From Phycisphaerae bacterium (GTDB lineage: Bacteria > Planctomycetota > Phycisphaerae > UBA1845 > Fen-1342), in the NCBI GenBank assembly GCA_963666925.2, contig CAXXTC010000002.1, positions 21,983 to 85,982 of the forward strand: a stretch of 64,000 nucleotides of DNA, in the 5' to 3' direction. The position numbers and the translations under genes are program-made. Positions 1 to 9,786 of the stretch are shown one piece after another (positions within the stretch are counted from its first letter, which is position 1; every line of letters begins with the position of its first letter). A model generated the notes under the pieces. It searched no databases, was not told the DNA's origin, and saw nothing but the letters and a program-made list of their open reading frames with translations.

Positions 1-341
1 CTCTGGCGGGTGATGCTGTCACTGACATTGGTCATGCCGATGGAGAATTCGGCAACGAAGGTGCCAACGACGGGAACGAAGCGATGGTGAACATACTTCG
101 GCCCCGCAGTGCCCACATCGGTGCGGACGTATGCATACTGGTTTGTCGCAGGGACGCCATCCACCTTGATATCGGACGTGTCATCGCCGAGCCAGGCAGG
201 ATTCGTCGGCGGTTGACCGTAGAGGTTAGCATCAGCCACGTAACCCTCTGAGGTTTCAAACCCGATGGGATTAGCAATCGCGGATGCGGCAAACAAACAA
301 TACAGCATTGCGGCCATGGTAATACGAGTACGCAGCACCAT
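1..341 (-). CDS. Secreted protein, 5' part only (runs off window edge); possibly a PEP-CTERM-type surface protein
   Basis: Not in ORF track. Manual translation from ATG at 341 (GGAGG RBS upstream): MVLRTRITMAAMLYCLFAASAIA-NPIGFETSEGYVADANLYGQ..., open to base 1, with a clear signal peptide. Confidence 0.75.
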   Translation of the reverse strand, partial: MVLRTRITMAAMLYCLFAASAIANPIGFETSEGYVADANLYGQPPTNPAWLGDDTSDIKVDGVPATNQYAYVRTDVGTAGPKYVHHRFVPVVGTFVAEFSIGMTNVSDSITRQ

Positions 342-436
342 TGCGCCTCCTAACACTTCTCAACTCTGATAAACCTGTTAAGGGACGAGTCCGTACTCGT
401 CCACAGAATGATGTGGCATCATCACCCTCCAGATAT

Positions 437-466
437 CTTATACTCGATTGCACTATTGCAAGTCAA
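437..466 (-). promoter_or_regulatory. Putative sigma70 promoter for the 1..341 gene
   Basis: Minus strand TTGACT-N18-TATAAG about 95 bp upstream of the start. Confidence 0.5.
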
Positions 467-626
467 CGCCGCGCGTGCGAAACGTCAGGTGTGACCCCTG
501 TGTGAGAACGATTCCGAATTGTTGTGTTGAGACGAGTCGCGACGCCCACCTCTGCCATTTTTCTCGGACGTTGCTTTCTGCCGACGCGGCCGGGACAATC
601 CGTCCAGGTTTCAGCAGGGAGCAATC

Positions 627-2456
627 ATGCAGGAACATCTGCTGCTCGGTTTGACGGCCGTCGTGGCGCTGGGCGTCAGTGCCCAGTGGCTGGCGTGGCG
701 GCTGGGGCTGCCATCAATCCTCCTACTCCTCGGGTTCGGCTTCTGCGCGGGGCCGATGTTGCGCTGGCTGGGGGCCGACACAGCGCTCGATCCGGATCGG
801 CTGTTCGGCGACCTGCTGCTGCCGGTGGTGTCTATCTCGGTCGCGGTGATTCTTTACGAGGGTGGGTTGACACTGAGTCTGCGCGAGCTGCCCAAAGTGG
901 GCGGCGTGGTGCGCAACCTCGTCACCGTCGGGCTGCTGATCACCTGGCTGCTCGGGGCTGCCGCCGCGAACCTGTGCCTCGGGCTGAGCTGGCGTGTGGC
1001 GCTGCTGCTCGGCGCGGTCCTCGTGGTCAGCGGGCCAACGGTGATCATGCCGATGTTGCGGCACGTTCGGCCCGCGGGCAGCGTCGGGCCGATCGTCAAG
1101 TGGGAAGGCATCGTCATCGACCCGCTCGGCGCCATGCTGGCCGTGCTGGTGTTCGAGGCGGCCTTCGCAGGCGCGGGCCACAAAATCAGCTCGATCGCGA
1201 TCCTGGGCGTGGTGCGGACGCTGCTCATAGGCGGGGCGCTGGGGGCGGCCGCGGGGTTTCTGCTGGCACTGTTGGTCCGCAGGCATGGTGTGCCGGACTT
1301 TCTGCACAACGCGGTCTCGCTGATGCTGGTCACGGGCGTGTTCGTCGGCGTGAACCACCTCCAGAGCGAGTCCGGGCTCGTCGCGGTGACCGTCATGGGA
1401 CTCGTTCTGGCGAATCAACGTCTGGCCGACGTGCGCCACATCATCGACTTCAAGGAGAACCTGCGCGTCCTGCTGATCTCCGTGCTGTTCATCCTGCTGG
1501 CAGCCCGGCTACGGCTGGAAGATCTGGCTCAGCTCGGCGGCAACAGCCTGCTGCTGGTCGCGCTGCTGATCGTCGTGGTTCGACCCGTGGCGACGTTCGT
1601 GTCCACGCTCGGTTCGAAACTGTCGTGGCGCGAGCGCGTCTTTTTGGCGTGGATGGCGCCACGCGGGATCGTGGCGGCCGCGGTCGCGTCGATATTCGCA
1701 CTTCGGCTCGAAGGTTCATGCGACGAAGCTCGGCTGATCGTGCCGCTGACGTTCCTGGTGATCGTCGCGACGGTGGCGGTTTACGGCCTGACGGCCCGGC
1801 CGCTGGCACGCTGGCTGGGCATCGCCGACGTGAATCCGCAGGGCGTGCTAATCGTCGGGGCGCCTCCGTGGGCCCGGGCACTGGCGGAAACGCTCCAGCG
1901 CAGCCGCGTTCCGGTGCTGCTGGTCGATCGCAATCGCACTTTCGCGGCCGCGGCACGGATGGCGGGCTGCCGCGTGTATGCGGGCGATGCGCTGGGCGAG
2001 CACGTGCTGGCGGAGCTTGATCTGCGTGGCATCGGCCGGCTGCTGGCACTGACGCCGAATGATGAGGTCAACGCGCTGGCAGTGCAGCGGTTTGAGCGCG
2101 TGTTCGGCCGGGCGAATGCGTTTCAGCTTCCGCCGGCCAAAGGTGTCGGCGATGCGCGGACAGTACCGACGGGGCTGCGCGGGCGGCTGTTGTTTGGCCG
2201 GCAATTGACGTATGCGGACCTGAGCGAGCGCTATTTTGGCCGGGGATACGTGTTCCGCTCGACGAGCATCACCGAATCGTTCGGGTACGAAGAGATCCGC
2301 GAGCGCTATGGCGACAGTGTTGTGCCGATGTTTGTCCTGCGCGCGGACGGCTGCCTGACCGTGATCACGGACGACCAGGAGCCGAACCCCCGGCCGGGCG
2401 ACGCGCTGATCAGCCTGGCGCCGCCGGACAAAGAGCCGAGTGGCACCGGCGAATAG
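627..2456 (+). CDS. Cation:proton antiporter (CPA1/NhaP-type) with C-terminal TrkA-N/RCK-like domain
   Basis: About 12 TM helices, motifs VSGPTVI, EGIVIDPLG, APRGIVAAA; C-terminal VLIVGA...GDAL...LLALTPNDEVN; GGAG RBS. Confidence 0.9.
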   Translation: MQEHLLLGLTAVVALGVSAQWLAWRLGLPSILLLLGFGFCAGPMLRWLGADTALDPDRLFGDLLLPVVSISVAVILYEGGLTLSLRELPKVGGVVRNLVTVGLLITWLLGAAAANLCLGLSWRVALLLGAVLVVSGPTVIMPMLRHVRPAGSVGPIVKWEGIVIDPLGAMLAVLVFEAAFAGAGHKISSIAILGVVRTLLIGGALGAAAGFLLALLVRRHGVPDFLHNAVSLMLVTGVFVGVNHLQSESGLVAVTVMGLVLANQRLADVRHIIDFKENLRVLLISVLFILLAARLRLEDLAQLGGNSLLLVALLIVVVRPVATFVSTLGSKLSWRERVFLAWMAPRGIVAAAVASIFALRLEGSCDEARLIVPLTFLVIVATVAVYGLTARPLARWLGIADVNPQGVLIVGAPPWARALAETLQRSRVPVLLVDRNRTFAAAARMAGCRVYAGDALGEHVLAELDLRGIGRLLALTPNDEVNALAVQRFERVFGRANAFQLPPAKGVGDARTVPTGLRGRLLFGRQLTYADLSERYFGRGYVFRSTSITESFGYEEIRERYGDSVVPMFVLRADGCLTVITDDQEPNPRPGDALISLAPPDKEPSGTGE

Positions 2457-2600
2457 CCCGTGGTAACGGGGGCACGCGAGGTGGATCGGCCGTCTCGGTC
2501 AACTTGTTGACCACGCTCAAGTCTGGCTCGGCGGGCGAGACACCCACCCCACTTCGCGATCCGCGGAACTCTGACTGGCGGGCGGGACACCCGCCCCACT
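2452..2600. repeat. Cluster of REP-like palindromes between convergent genes
   Basis: GTGGATCGGCCGTCTCGGTCAACTTG (2482-2507), GGCGGGCGAGACACCCACCCCAC (2530-2552) and GGCGGGCGGGACACCCGCCCCAC (2577-2599) match copies at 4.6-4.8 kb, 8.9 kb and 55.1 kb. Confidence 0.8.
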
Positions 2601-2609
2601 ACAGTCGGG

Positions 2610-4457
2610 CTACCTGATCTCCAGCAGGTGGAGTTCGGTGTGGTTGGGGCCGGGGAGGGTGTGGAGTGGGTGCAGGTGCGGGCCGACCTGGGGGTCAGCT
2701 TGCAGGTTTTCCAGGAGTTGGCGATTGCCAGCCCGTTCATAGCCGGCATCGGGATCGTCGGTCGGACCGAGCATCAGGACGAGGTAGCCGCCGGGGCCGG
2801 CGAGGATCTGGCGTTCGAGCACGCGCTGCTCCTCGGGCTTTTCGTACCAGGGTTCCCAGGGGATATCGGCATAAAAGGCGATGCGGCGGGCGCTGCTGCC
2901 GGCGATGAGCCGCTTTGCGGAACGGTCGGAGTCGTGCTCGATCAACCAGCGGGCGGCGTCGCGGAGGAACGCGTCCTGACAATTGGGAACGCGGGCGCCA
3001 TAGGCCGCCAGCGGCAACATGAACATCACCAGCACAACGCCGGCGAGCACCCGCCCCCGCCGCTCCAACGCCAGACGTATGAGCCGGGCCAGCAGCAGTG
3101 CGGCAAATGGGATCAGCAGCGTCACGGGCACGAGCAGGTGGCGCGGGGCGAGATAGCCGAAATGGCTGAGCAACATCAACGTCAACAGGAAATGCAGCGT
3201 CAGGCAGGCGAGCAGACCCGCGAGCGGCGGACGCGTCCAGCGCGACCGCAGATTGAGCAACGGCAATAGCGCCAGCAGCGGAATCACCACCCGGCCAGCC
3301 CGAAACAGCTTGTACAGCCCATACGGCAACAGCAGGTACCACGGCAGATAATGAAGCTCGAGCTTGGCTAGCAGGCCGTGCACCGACGGGCCGGCATGTG
3401 CAAACGCGGGCTCGGTCTGTGTAGCACCCAGCATCTGTGTGACACCCAGTACTGGTGTGGCACTCGACACATGCGTGGTACCCGGCATTTGTGTGGCACC
3501 GGCTAATAGCCGGTGCGATGGCCATGTGGGGTGGGCGTCTCGCCCGCCGTTTGCTGGTGTGGCGCCGGCCAGAGCGTTTTCAATCACGTTCCGTCGGCTT
3601 GGCGAGCCGACGTTGTCGCGTATGCACTGCTCACAGAGCAGTGGCACGTTGGCGCCGCCGGCTTGTGTGGCGCTGAGCAGTTCGGCCGGGTCTTTTTTGC
3701 TGGAGAATCCGCCGACGATGGCCCAGTATGGCCCGGCACAGATCAGGAACCCCACGAGCAGTGCCATCGCCCGACCGACCAGGAGCCGGGTTGCGACGCG
3801 CCGCCAATATGCCGCCAGCGTGAGCAGGCCGGCAGCGACGATGACGATGCCCTCTTCGCGTGTCAGGAACGCTAGCCCGCCAAGCAGGCCGCAGAGGGCG
3901 GCGGCGCGAGCCGACTCGAGCCGCAGTAGCAGCAGAACAGCCCCGAGGTACCAGGCCACGTGCACCTGGTCGGACATGACGTCGACCGACAGCCAGAGAT
4001 TCAGCGGCAGAATGGTCGCCATGAGCATCGCGCACAGCGTGGTCGTTTCACAATCGACGGGCAGATCGAGCCGGCGGATGAGGCGGTGTGTGATCAGGCC
4101 GACGAGGGCGATGACGGCCAGGCCGGCGGCGAGCGTGATGGCCTGGCCGCTGTATTGCCAGGCGAGCGGGGAATCGGGCGCGCCGGCGGCGTTGTGCACG
4201 GCCAGAATGAGCGCGGGGAAGAGCGGGTGCTGGTCGGCGCGATCGGACTGGAGATATTCCACGCCCGAGTGGCCCAGGTCGCGGGCATACCAGCAAAACG
4301 TGACGCCGTCGCGGGCGATCGTGGGCATGAGCACCAACAGCGCAATGCGCCAGACGAGCGCCACGGCGAAGATGGCAACGATCCACCAGCGGAAGCTGGG
4401 CGAGTTGGCCGACATGCGAGGCGATTCTGCGGTCACGCGGATCCTCTCGGCTATCAC
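2610..4457 (-). CDS. GT-C fold membrane glycosyltransferase (ArnT/PMT, GT39-like) with REP-derived low-complexity insertion
   Basis: N-terminal TM then IARDGVTF..YAR, QHPLFP, VMSD, LAFLTREEG, PRHLL; many TM helices. Confidence 0.75.
   Translation of the reverse strand: MIAERIRVTAESPRMSANSPSFRWWIVAIFAVALVWRIALLVLMPTIARDGVTFCWYARDLGHSGVEYLQSDRADQHPLFPALILAVHNAAGAPDSPLAWQYSGQAITLAAGLAVIALVGLITHRLIRRLDLPVDCETTTLCAMLMATILPLNLWLSVDVMSDQVHVAWYLGAVLLLLRLESARAAALCGLLGGLAFLTREEGIVIVAAGLLTLAAYWRRVATRLLVGRAMALLVGFLICAGPYWAIVGGFSSKKDPAELLSATQAGGANVPLLCEQCIRDNVGSPSRRNVIENALAGATPANGGRDAHPTWPSHRLLAGATQMPGTTHVSSATPVLGVTQMLGATQTEPAFAHAGPSVHGLLAKLELHYLPWYLLLPYGLYKLFRAGRVVIPLLALLPLLNLRSRWTRPPLAGLLACLTLHFLLTLMLLSHFGYLAPRHLLVPVTLLIPFAALLLARLIRLALERRGRVLAGVVLVMFMLPLAAYGARVPNCQDAFLRDAARWLIEHDSDRSAKRLIAGSSARRIAFYADIPWEPWYEKPEEQRVLERQILAGPGGYLVLMLGPTDDPDAGYERAGNRQLLENLQADPQVGPHLHPLHTLPGPNHTELHLLEIR
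3419..3570. repeat. 18-bp tandem repeat (x5) plus REP palindromes inside a coding sequence
   Basis: Units at 3419, 3437, 3455, 3473 and 3491 begin GTGT(G/A)GCAC-like. 3491-3516 is the reverse complement of the 4578/8836 palindrome. 3526-3548 GTGGGGTGGGCGTCTCGCCCGCC. Confidence 0.75.
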
Positions 4458-4577
4458 GCGCGGGTCGCGGGCCGATCGCGGCTCCGACCCAATCGCGCGG
4501 CTGCAATTATAGACGGATCACAGCAAGTAGGCCGAGCAGGAGGTGACGAACGGGTGCCCCATCCCGTTGCGTAGCGA

Positions 4578-4763
4578 CCACGGGCTATTAGCCCGTGCCA
4601 CACTGAGGGGGACCGACGTCCTCCAGAGCTTTTCGACGTTCCAGCAAGTCGGCCGAGACGGCCGACCCACTTTCCAAGTGGGGCGGGCGTCTCGCCCGCC
4701 AAGTTCGGCCAGAGAGTGCGTAGCAAGTCGGCCGAGACGGCCGACCCACTTCCCAAGTGGGGC
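4578..4763. repeat. REP cluster (three palindrome types, one ~41-bp unit directly repeated)
   Basis: CACGGGCTATTAGCCCGTGCCACAC (~4579-4603); AGCAAGTCGGCCGAGACGGCCGACCCACTT(T/C)CCAAGTGGGGC at 4643 and 4722; GTGGGGCGGGCGTCTCGCCCGCC 4678-4700. Confidence 0.85.
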
Positions 4764-4833
4764 AAGCGGACTTTAAAATTGGGGCGTAAGGGCAATCCGC
4801 ATCGATCGTCCCGTCCGCCTGAGGAACCTGATC

Positions 4834-6864
4834 ATGACACGAACTCAACTGCGGCTAATGGTTGCGTCGCTCCTGCTGGCACCGGTGCTGGTCGGCTGCG
4901 TCAGCCCACGACGGGTCAACACGCGCACACTGCTGGGCGAGATGACCGACCTGGCGGCCCTGGCCGAGCGCCCGCAGCCATCATTCACCACGCGGCAGTT
5001 CTCCAGTTATGACCGCAAATCGACGACGCCGGAAGATCCGGAGACGTGGTTCGCCAACCTGGACGCGGGTGAGTACCTGCGTACCGAAGAGCACGACGGG
5101 CGAACTGAGTACGTGATGATGGACGCCGACGGCCCGGGCGCGATCGTACGCATCTGGTCGGCCAACCCGCGCGGGACGCTGCGTTTCTACCTCGATCGGG
5201 CCGAGCAGCCAACGCTGGAAGTCCCCATGGCCGACCTGCTCGGCGGACAGGCGGCGGGTTTTCCGGAGCCGCTCGCGGGCCGGCGCGGCATGGGGTGGAA
5301 CCTGTACTTCCCGATCCCCTACACGCGGCACTGCAAAGTCACCAACGACGACCTGGTCGGCCAGCAGCACCGCGTCTACTACCACATCAACTACCGCACG
5401 TACCCGCTCGGCGCCCGCGTCGAAACCTTCAAGCCCAAGGATCTCGAGGAACTGGTCGACGAGATCTCCCGGGTGGCCGCCAGCTTGAGCCATCCGCGAC
5501 TCGCGGCCGGGCCATCTGCCGACGCGAAATCTGACCGGACACTCTCGACCGCCGTCGATCTGCGCGCCGGCGAGGCGGTCGTGTTACAGGAGCTGCGCAC
5601 GTCTGACGGCGCCGCTATCACCGATCTGCGGTTTCTCTGCTCGCCCGACGACCTGCCGGAGGCGCTCCGCGAGATTCTGCTCACTATCGAGTTTGACGGG
5701 CAAGCCACCGTGCGCTGCCCGCTGGGCGATTTCTTCGGCACCGTGCCGGGGACCAACGCGTACGAGTCGCTGCCGCTGGGCGTCACGCCCGCCGGCGTTA
5801 TGTGGTCGCACTGGATCATGCCGTACCAGAAATCGGCCGTGATCAAGGTGCACAACACGTCGTCGCAGACGGTGCGGCTGGCACACGCGGTGACCGTCAC
5901 GCCGCACAAGTGGGCGCGCGACACGATGTACTTCAACGCGCGCTGGAAGATCGCCCGCAACGTGCCAACGCGGCCCTTCTCCGACTGGAACTACGTGACG
6001 ATCGACGGGGCCGGCGTGTTTGTCGGGGCGGCCTGCTCCATCGCCAATCCGGTGCGCGCCTGGTGGGGCGAGGGCGACGAGAAAATCTACGTCGACAACG
6101 AGGAATTCCCCAGCCATTTCGGCACCGGCACCGAGGACTACTTCGGCTATGCCTGGTGTAGCAACCAAACCTTCAGCCACGCCTATCACAACCAGCCGCG
6201 CTGCGACGGGCCGTGGAACTACGGCTGGACCGCGGTCAATCGCTGGGACATCCTCGATTGCATTCCGTTCCACAAACACTTCCGCTTAGACATGGAGATC
6301 TGGCACTGGGATCCGCAGCAGCCGATCCGCGAAATCGCAGCGGCCACGTATTGGTACGCCCGCCCGGGTGCGACGTGTGAGCATGAGGAGCTGACCGATT
6401 CGGACCTATCGCTGACCAACCTGCCGCCGTATGAGCCGCCCCGCATCGCGGGTGCCATCGAGGCGGAAGCATTGGCGCACGAAGTCTCGGCCGGCGTCGT
6501 GGAGCAGCAAACCATCATGGGCTGTAGCGACGACCAGCACCTCTGGTGGCACAACGCAGGTCCGGAAGCGAGCATGAAGTTGACCTTCGCCGCTCCGGCC
6601 GCGAGTTCGTACCAGGTGTTTGCACGGTTCGTCCGCGCCGCAGATTACGGGCAGATCCGCGTGTCTGTTAATGATGAGGTCAGGCCCGAGCCGCTGGACC
6701 TGTACCACGATCGCGTACGCGTCTCCGACGAGGACCTCCTCGGCGTATTCAACCTAAAGGCCACGGACAACGTGCTGCTGATCGAGATCACCGGTGCCAA
6801 TCCGCAGGCCATCCCCGGCTACATGGTCGGCATAGACTATCTCCGGCTCGTGCCGGTGGAGTAG
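4834..6864 (+). CDS. DUF2961 / glycoside hydrolase family 172-like lipoprotein with C-terminal beta-sandwich (CBM-like) domain
   Basis: Lipobox LVGC; QFSSYDR, GPGAIVRIWSANP, PLGDFFG, WWGEGDEKIYVD, HFGTGTEDYFGYAW. Confidence 0.85.
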   Translation: MTRTQLRLMVASLLLAPVLVGCVSPRRVNTRTLLGEMTDLAALAERPQPSFTTRQFSSYDRKSTTPEDPETWFANLDAGEYLRTEEHDGRTEYVMMDADGPGAIVRIWSANPRGTLRFYLDRAEQPTLEVPMADLLGGQAAGFPEPLAGRRGMGWNLYFPIPYTRHCKVTNDDLVGQQHRVYYHINYRTYPLGARVETFKPKDLEELVDEISRVAASLSHPRLAAGPSADAKSDRTLSTAVDLRAGEAVVLQELRTSDGAAITDLRFLCSPDDLPEALREILLTIEFDGQATVRCPLGDFFGTVPGTNAYESLPLGVTPAGVMWSHWIMPYQKSAVIKVHNTSSQTVRLAHAVTVTPHKWARDTMYFNARWKIARNVPTRPFSDWNYVTIDGAGVFVGAACSIANPVRAWWGEGDEKIYVDNEEFPSHFGTGTEDYFGYAWCSNQTFSHAYHNQPRCDGPWNYGWTAVNRWDILDCIPFHKHFRLDMEIWHWDPQQPIREIAAATYWYARPGATCEHEELTDSDLSLTNLPPYEPPRIAGAIEAEALAHEVSAGVVEQQTIMGCSDDQHLWWHNAGPEASMKLTFAAPAASSYQVFARFVRAADYGQIRVSVNDEVRPEPLDLYHDRVRVSDEDLLGVFNLKATDNVLLIEITGANPQAIPGYMVGIDYLRLVPVE

Positions 6865-7041
6865 CCGAACGCGGATTGGTAACCCCGGCCATGCTGCTAC
6901 CCCACCACCATCACCGGAACGGATTACGAAAACTGATCAAGGGGGTAACTTAACCAATAATGGGGGAATTGCTGACAGTTATTACCTCATTCATATTTAA
7001 GCTACTTGGTAATTACGGACAAGTGTACAGGTACGCCGGTG

Positions 7042-8784
7042 TCAGGGAGCCGACGTTGGATGTACCAAGCTCCGTTTGCTGGCCTTGACCTGCTCTAGGT
7101 ATTCGGTCATATCGCGATCGCCGGCCGCCTGGGCCAGGTCGCGGCGCTTGAAGATGAAGATGCTGCCGAAGCCGGGAATCTCCCGCACAAACTGGTAGTG
7201 CTCGTCGATCCACGGGCCGAGCTGAAACTCGGACGTTAGCGCGTCACGCACCAGCCCCTGCATCCAGAAATAGTCGCCGGAACTGATGACGATCAGCGCC
7301 GGCGGGTCCTGGCGCAGCTCATGCTCCATCTCGTCGACCACGAACCGCGCACCGCCCTTGACCTGCCCAACCTTCTCGGTCGTCGCAAATCGGCACGCGT
7401 TCACCCGCCGCGCGTGCAGGTATACGCCGGGCATGTAGCCGAAGCACTGGATCCGGTCTTCGGGCGTGGTCAGTTCGGCGACAGCCTCGCCGACGACTTC
7501 CCACTCGGCCCGGCGGCCCTGCTCGAACCGGAAGACCCACAGCTTGGACATCTCGCGCCACTGCGATACCAGTGCCCCCCACGCGAAATAGGCCAGTAAG
7601 ACAAACGCCACCGTCACCCAGGCACGCTGCTGCAAACGCTGCAACAGCCGGGTTTCCGCCCGCAGCACGTTGACCAGGTAGCCGGCCATCAGCAGCAGCG
7701 GCGGAATCGCCGGGACGAGATAGTGCCGAAACGCGTGCGGACTGAGCGTCGCACCATAGGCCGCCACGAACGTCCACAGACCGAACAGCAGCAGCCCTTT
7801 GGGGCACACGGAGCGCTGCTCGCGCAGCGGCTGCTCGATCTCGGGTGGGCGGTACAGCGGGCGCAGCCACCACAGGAAGCCGTGAATAACCGCCGTCACT
7901 GCCATCAGGATCGGCACCAACAGGATCGGCTGCACATGCTTTTCGAGCAGCTTGTAGTTAGCAAAGTTATATGGGAATTCAGTCTCGCCGATATCGAAGT
8001 AGGCGCGGTTGAACTCGAAAACGGCGAACAGCGCCGCGTCCAGCGCACCGCGCGCTGCGAGCACGGCGGCCGCCCCGCCGATGGTCGTCGCCGCCCCGAC
8101 CAGCATCAACAGGCCGCGCACCACGCCGGCGCGCACCGGCAGGTCGCGGAAAGCCATCAACAGGATAAGATGCAGCCCCATGCAGCCCCAGCCGGCCAGC
8201 CCAACCTGTTTGAACAGGAACGCGATGCCGCAAAACGCGCCGGCCAGGTACCACTTCCACCAGCGATCGCGCGCAAAGCCGCGCATATAGAACGCTGCCC
8301 CGACCATCTCGAACGCGATCAGGAACGTCTCGGTACGATTGGTTCCGCCGGTGTAGTAGGCGTGAGTGACGTAAAACGCGAGCAGGATGGTCGTGAGAGC
8401 GGCGGCGCTGCGGTGATATACCGCTGAGGCAACGAAGAAGAAAGCCGCGTGCGTAACGGCGAGTGCCAGCGCACAGAGCGCAATCACACCCAGGTAGCTG
8501 CCGCCGCCGATGAACATGCCGAGCGCGTTGATCCAGTAAATGCCCGGCGGCTTGTTGTCCCAAACGTCGAGGTAGACGGTGGCGCCGTGGTCGATGCGCC
8601 AGCCGAAGAAACCGAACATCTGGTCGTCGACAACGTCCGTGCGATACCAGGCGATGACCTGCGACAGGGCAATCAGCGGGGTAACGATGACGACCATCAC
8701 CAGGATGAGCACCCAGAGAGGCGCGCCGGACGCACCGCGCGATCCGTCATTGGGCAGAGGCGATGGGGTCACGTTGGTCATCAT
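7042..8784 (-). CDS. GT-C fold membrane glycosyltransferase (ArnT/GT39-like)
   Basis: DDQMF..FG, YLDVWDNKPPGIYWINAL, NRTETF, AFLFKQ, HYLVP; many TMs. Start moved to ATG 8784 because the track start overlaps a REP. Confidence 0.85.
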   Translation of the reverse strand: MMTNVTPSPLPNDGSRGASGAPLWVLILVMVVIVTPLIALSQVIAWYRTDVVDDQMFGFFGWRIDHGATVYLDVWDNKPPGIYWINALGMFIGGGSYLGVIALCALALAVTHAAFFFVASAVYHRSAAALTTILLAFYVTHAYYTGGTNRTETFLIAFEMVGAAFYMRGFARDRWWKWYLAGAFCGIAFLFKQVGLAGWGCMGLHLILLMAFRDLPVRAGVVRGLLMLVGAATTIGGAAAVLAARGALDAALFAVFEFNRAYFDIGETEFPYNFANYKLLEKHVQPILLVPILMAVTAVIHGFLWWLRPLYRPPEIEQPLREQRSVCPKGLLLFGLWTFVAAYGATLSPHAFRHYLVPAIPPLLLMAGYLVNVLRAETRLLQRLQQRAWVTVAFVLLAYFAWGALVSQWREMSKLWVFRFEQGRRAEWEVVGEAVAELTTPEDRIQCFGYMPGVYLHARRVNACRFATTEKVGQVKGGARFVVDEMEHELRQDPPALIVISSGDYFWMQGLVRDALTSEFQLGPWIDEHYQFVREIPGFGSIFIFKRRDLAQAAGDRDMTEYLEQVKASKRSLVHPTSAP

Positions 8785-8835
8785 CGAAGCGAAGGTCTGG
8801 TGCTCACCACGTTCCCCGAGAAAATCCCGCTGAAT

Positions 8836-9003
8836 CACGTGCTATTAGCCCGTGCCACACTGTTCTGTTAGTGCATCTTTTCATCAGTTCCACATCATCA
8901 CAAGTGGAGCGGGCGTCCCGCCCGCCATGCCTCGATGGCCGAACGATAACAGCGGGCGAGACGCCCACTCCACCTCTCATAAGATGCAAACAGCGAGAGA
9001 AAC
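8836..9003. repeat. REP palindrome plus REP-doublet (REPIN/MITE-like) element
   Basis: 8836-8860 CACGTGCTATTAGCCCGTGCCACAC; inverted pair GTGGAGCGGGCGTCCCGCCCGC (8904) / GCGGGCGAGACGCCCACTCCAC (to 8973), flanked by TGCATCTT...AAGATGCA. Confidence 0.85.
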
Positions 9004-9016
9004 TACGCCAGTGGCT

Positions 9017-9760
<744 letters not shown>

Positions 9761-9786
9761 CTCGTTCTCCAATCGGCCCGCGCGTC

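Noticed and set aside
524..2020. 498-aa plus-strand ORF overlapping the antiporter, and many similar long overlapping ORFs (e.g. 3364-4512, 16170-17195, 20293-21459)
   Set aside because: Arg/Ala/Gly-rich shadow frames expected in high-GC DNA; each overlaps a well-supported gene.
4643..4763. Two ~41-bp direct repeats with an intervening segment resembling a mini-CRISPR
   Set aside because: Only two copies, built from REP palindromes found elsewhere; the spacer itself contains REP sequence.
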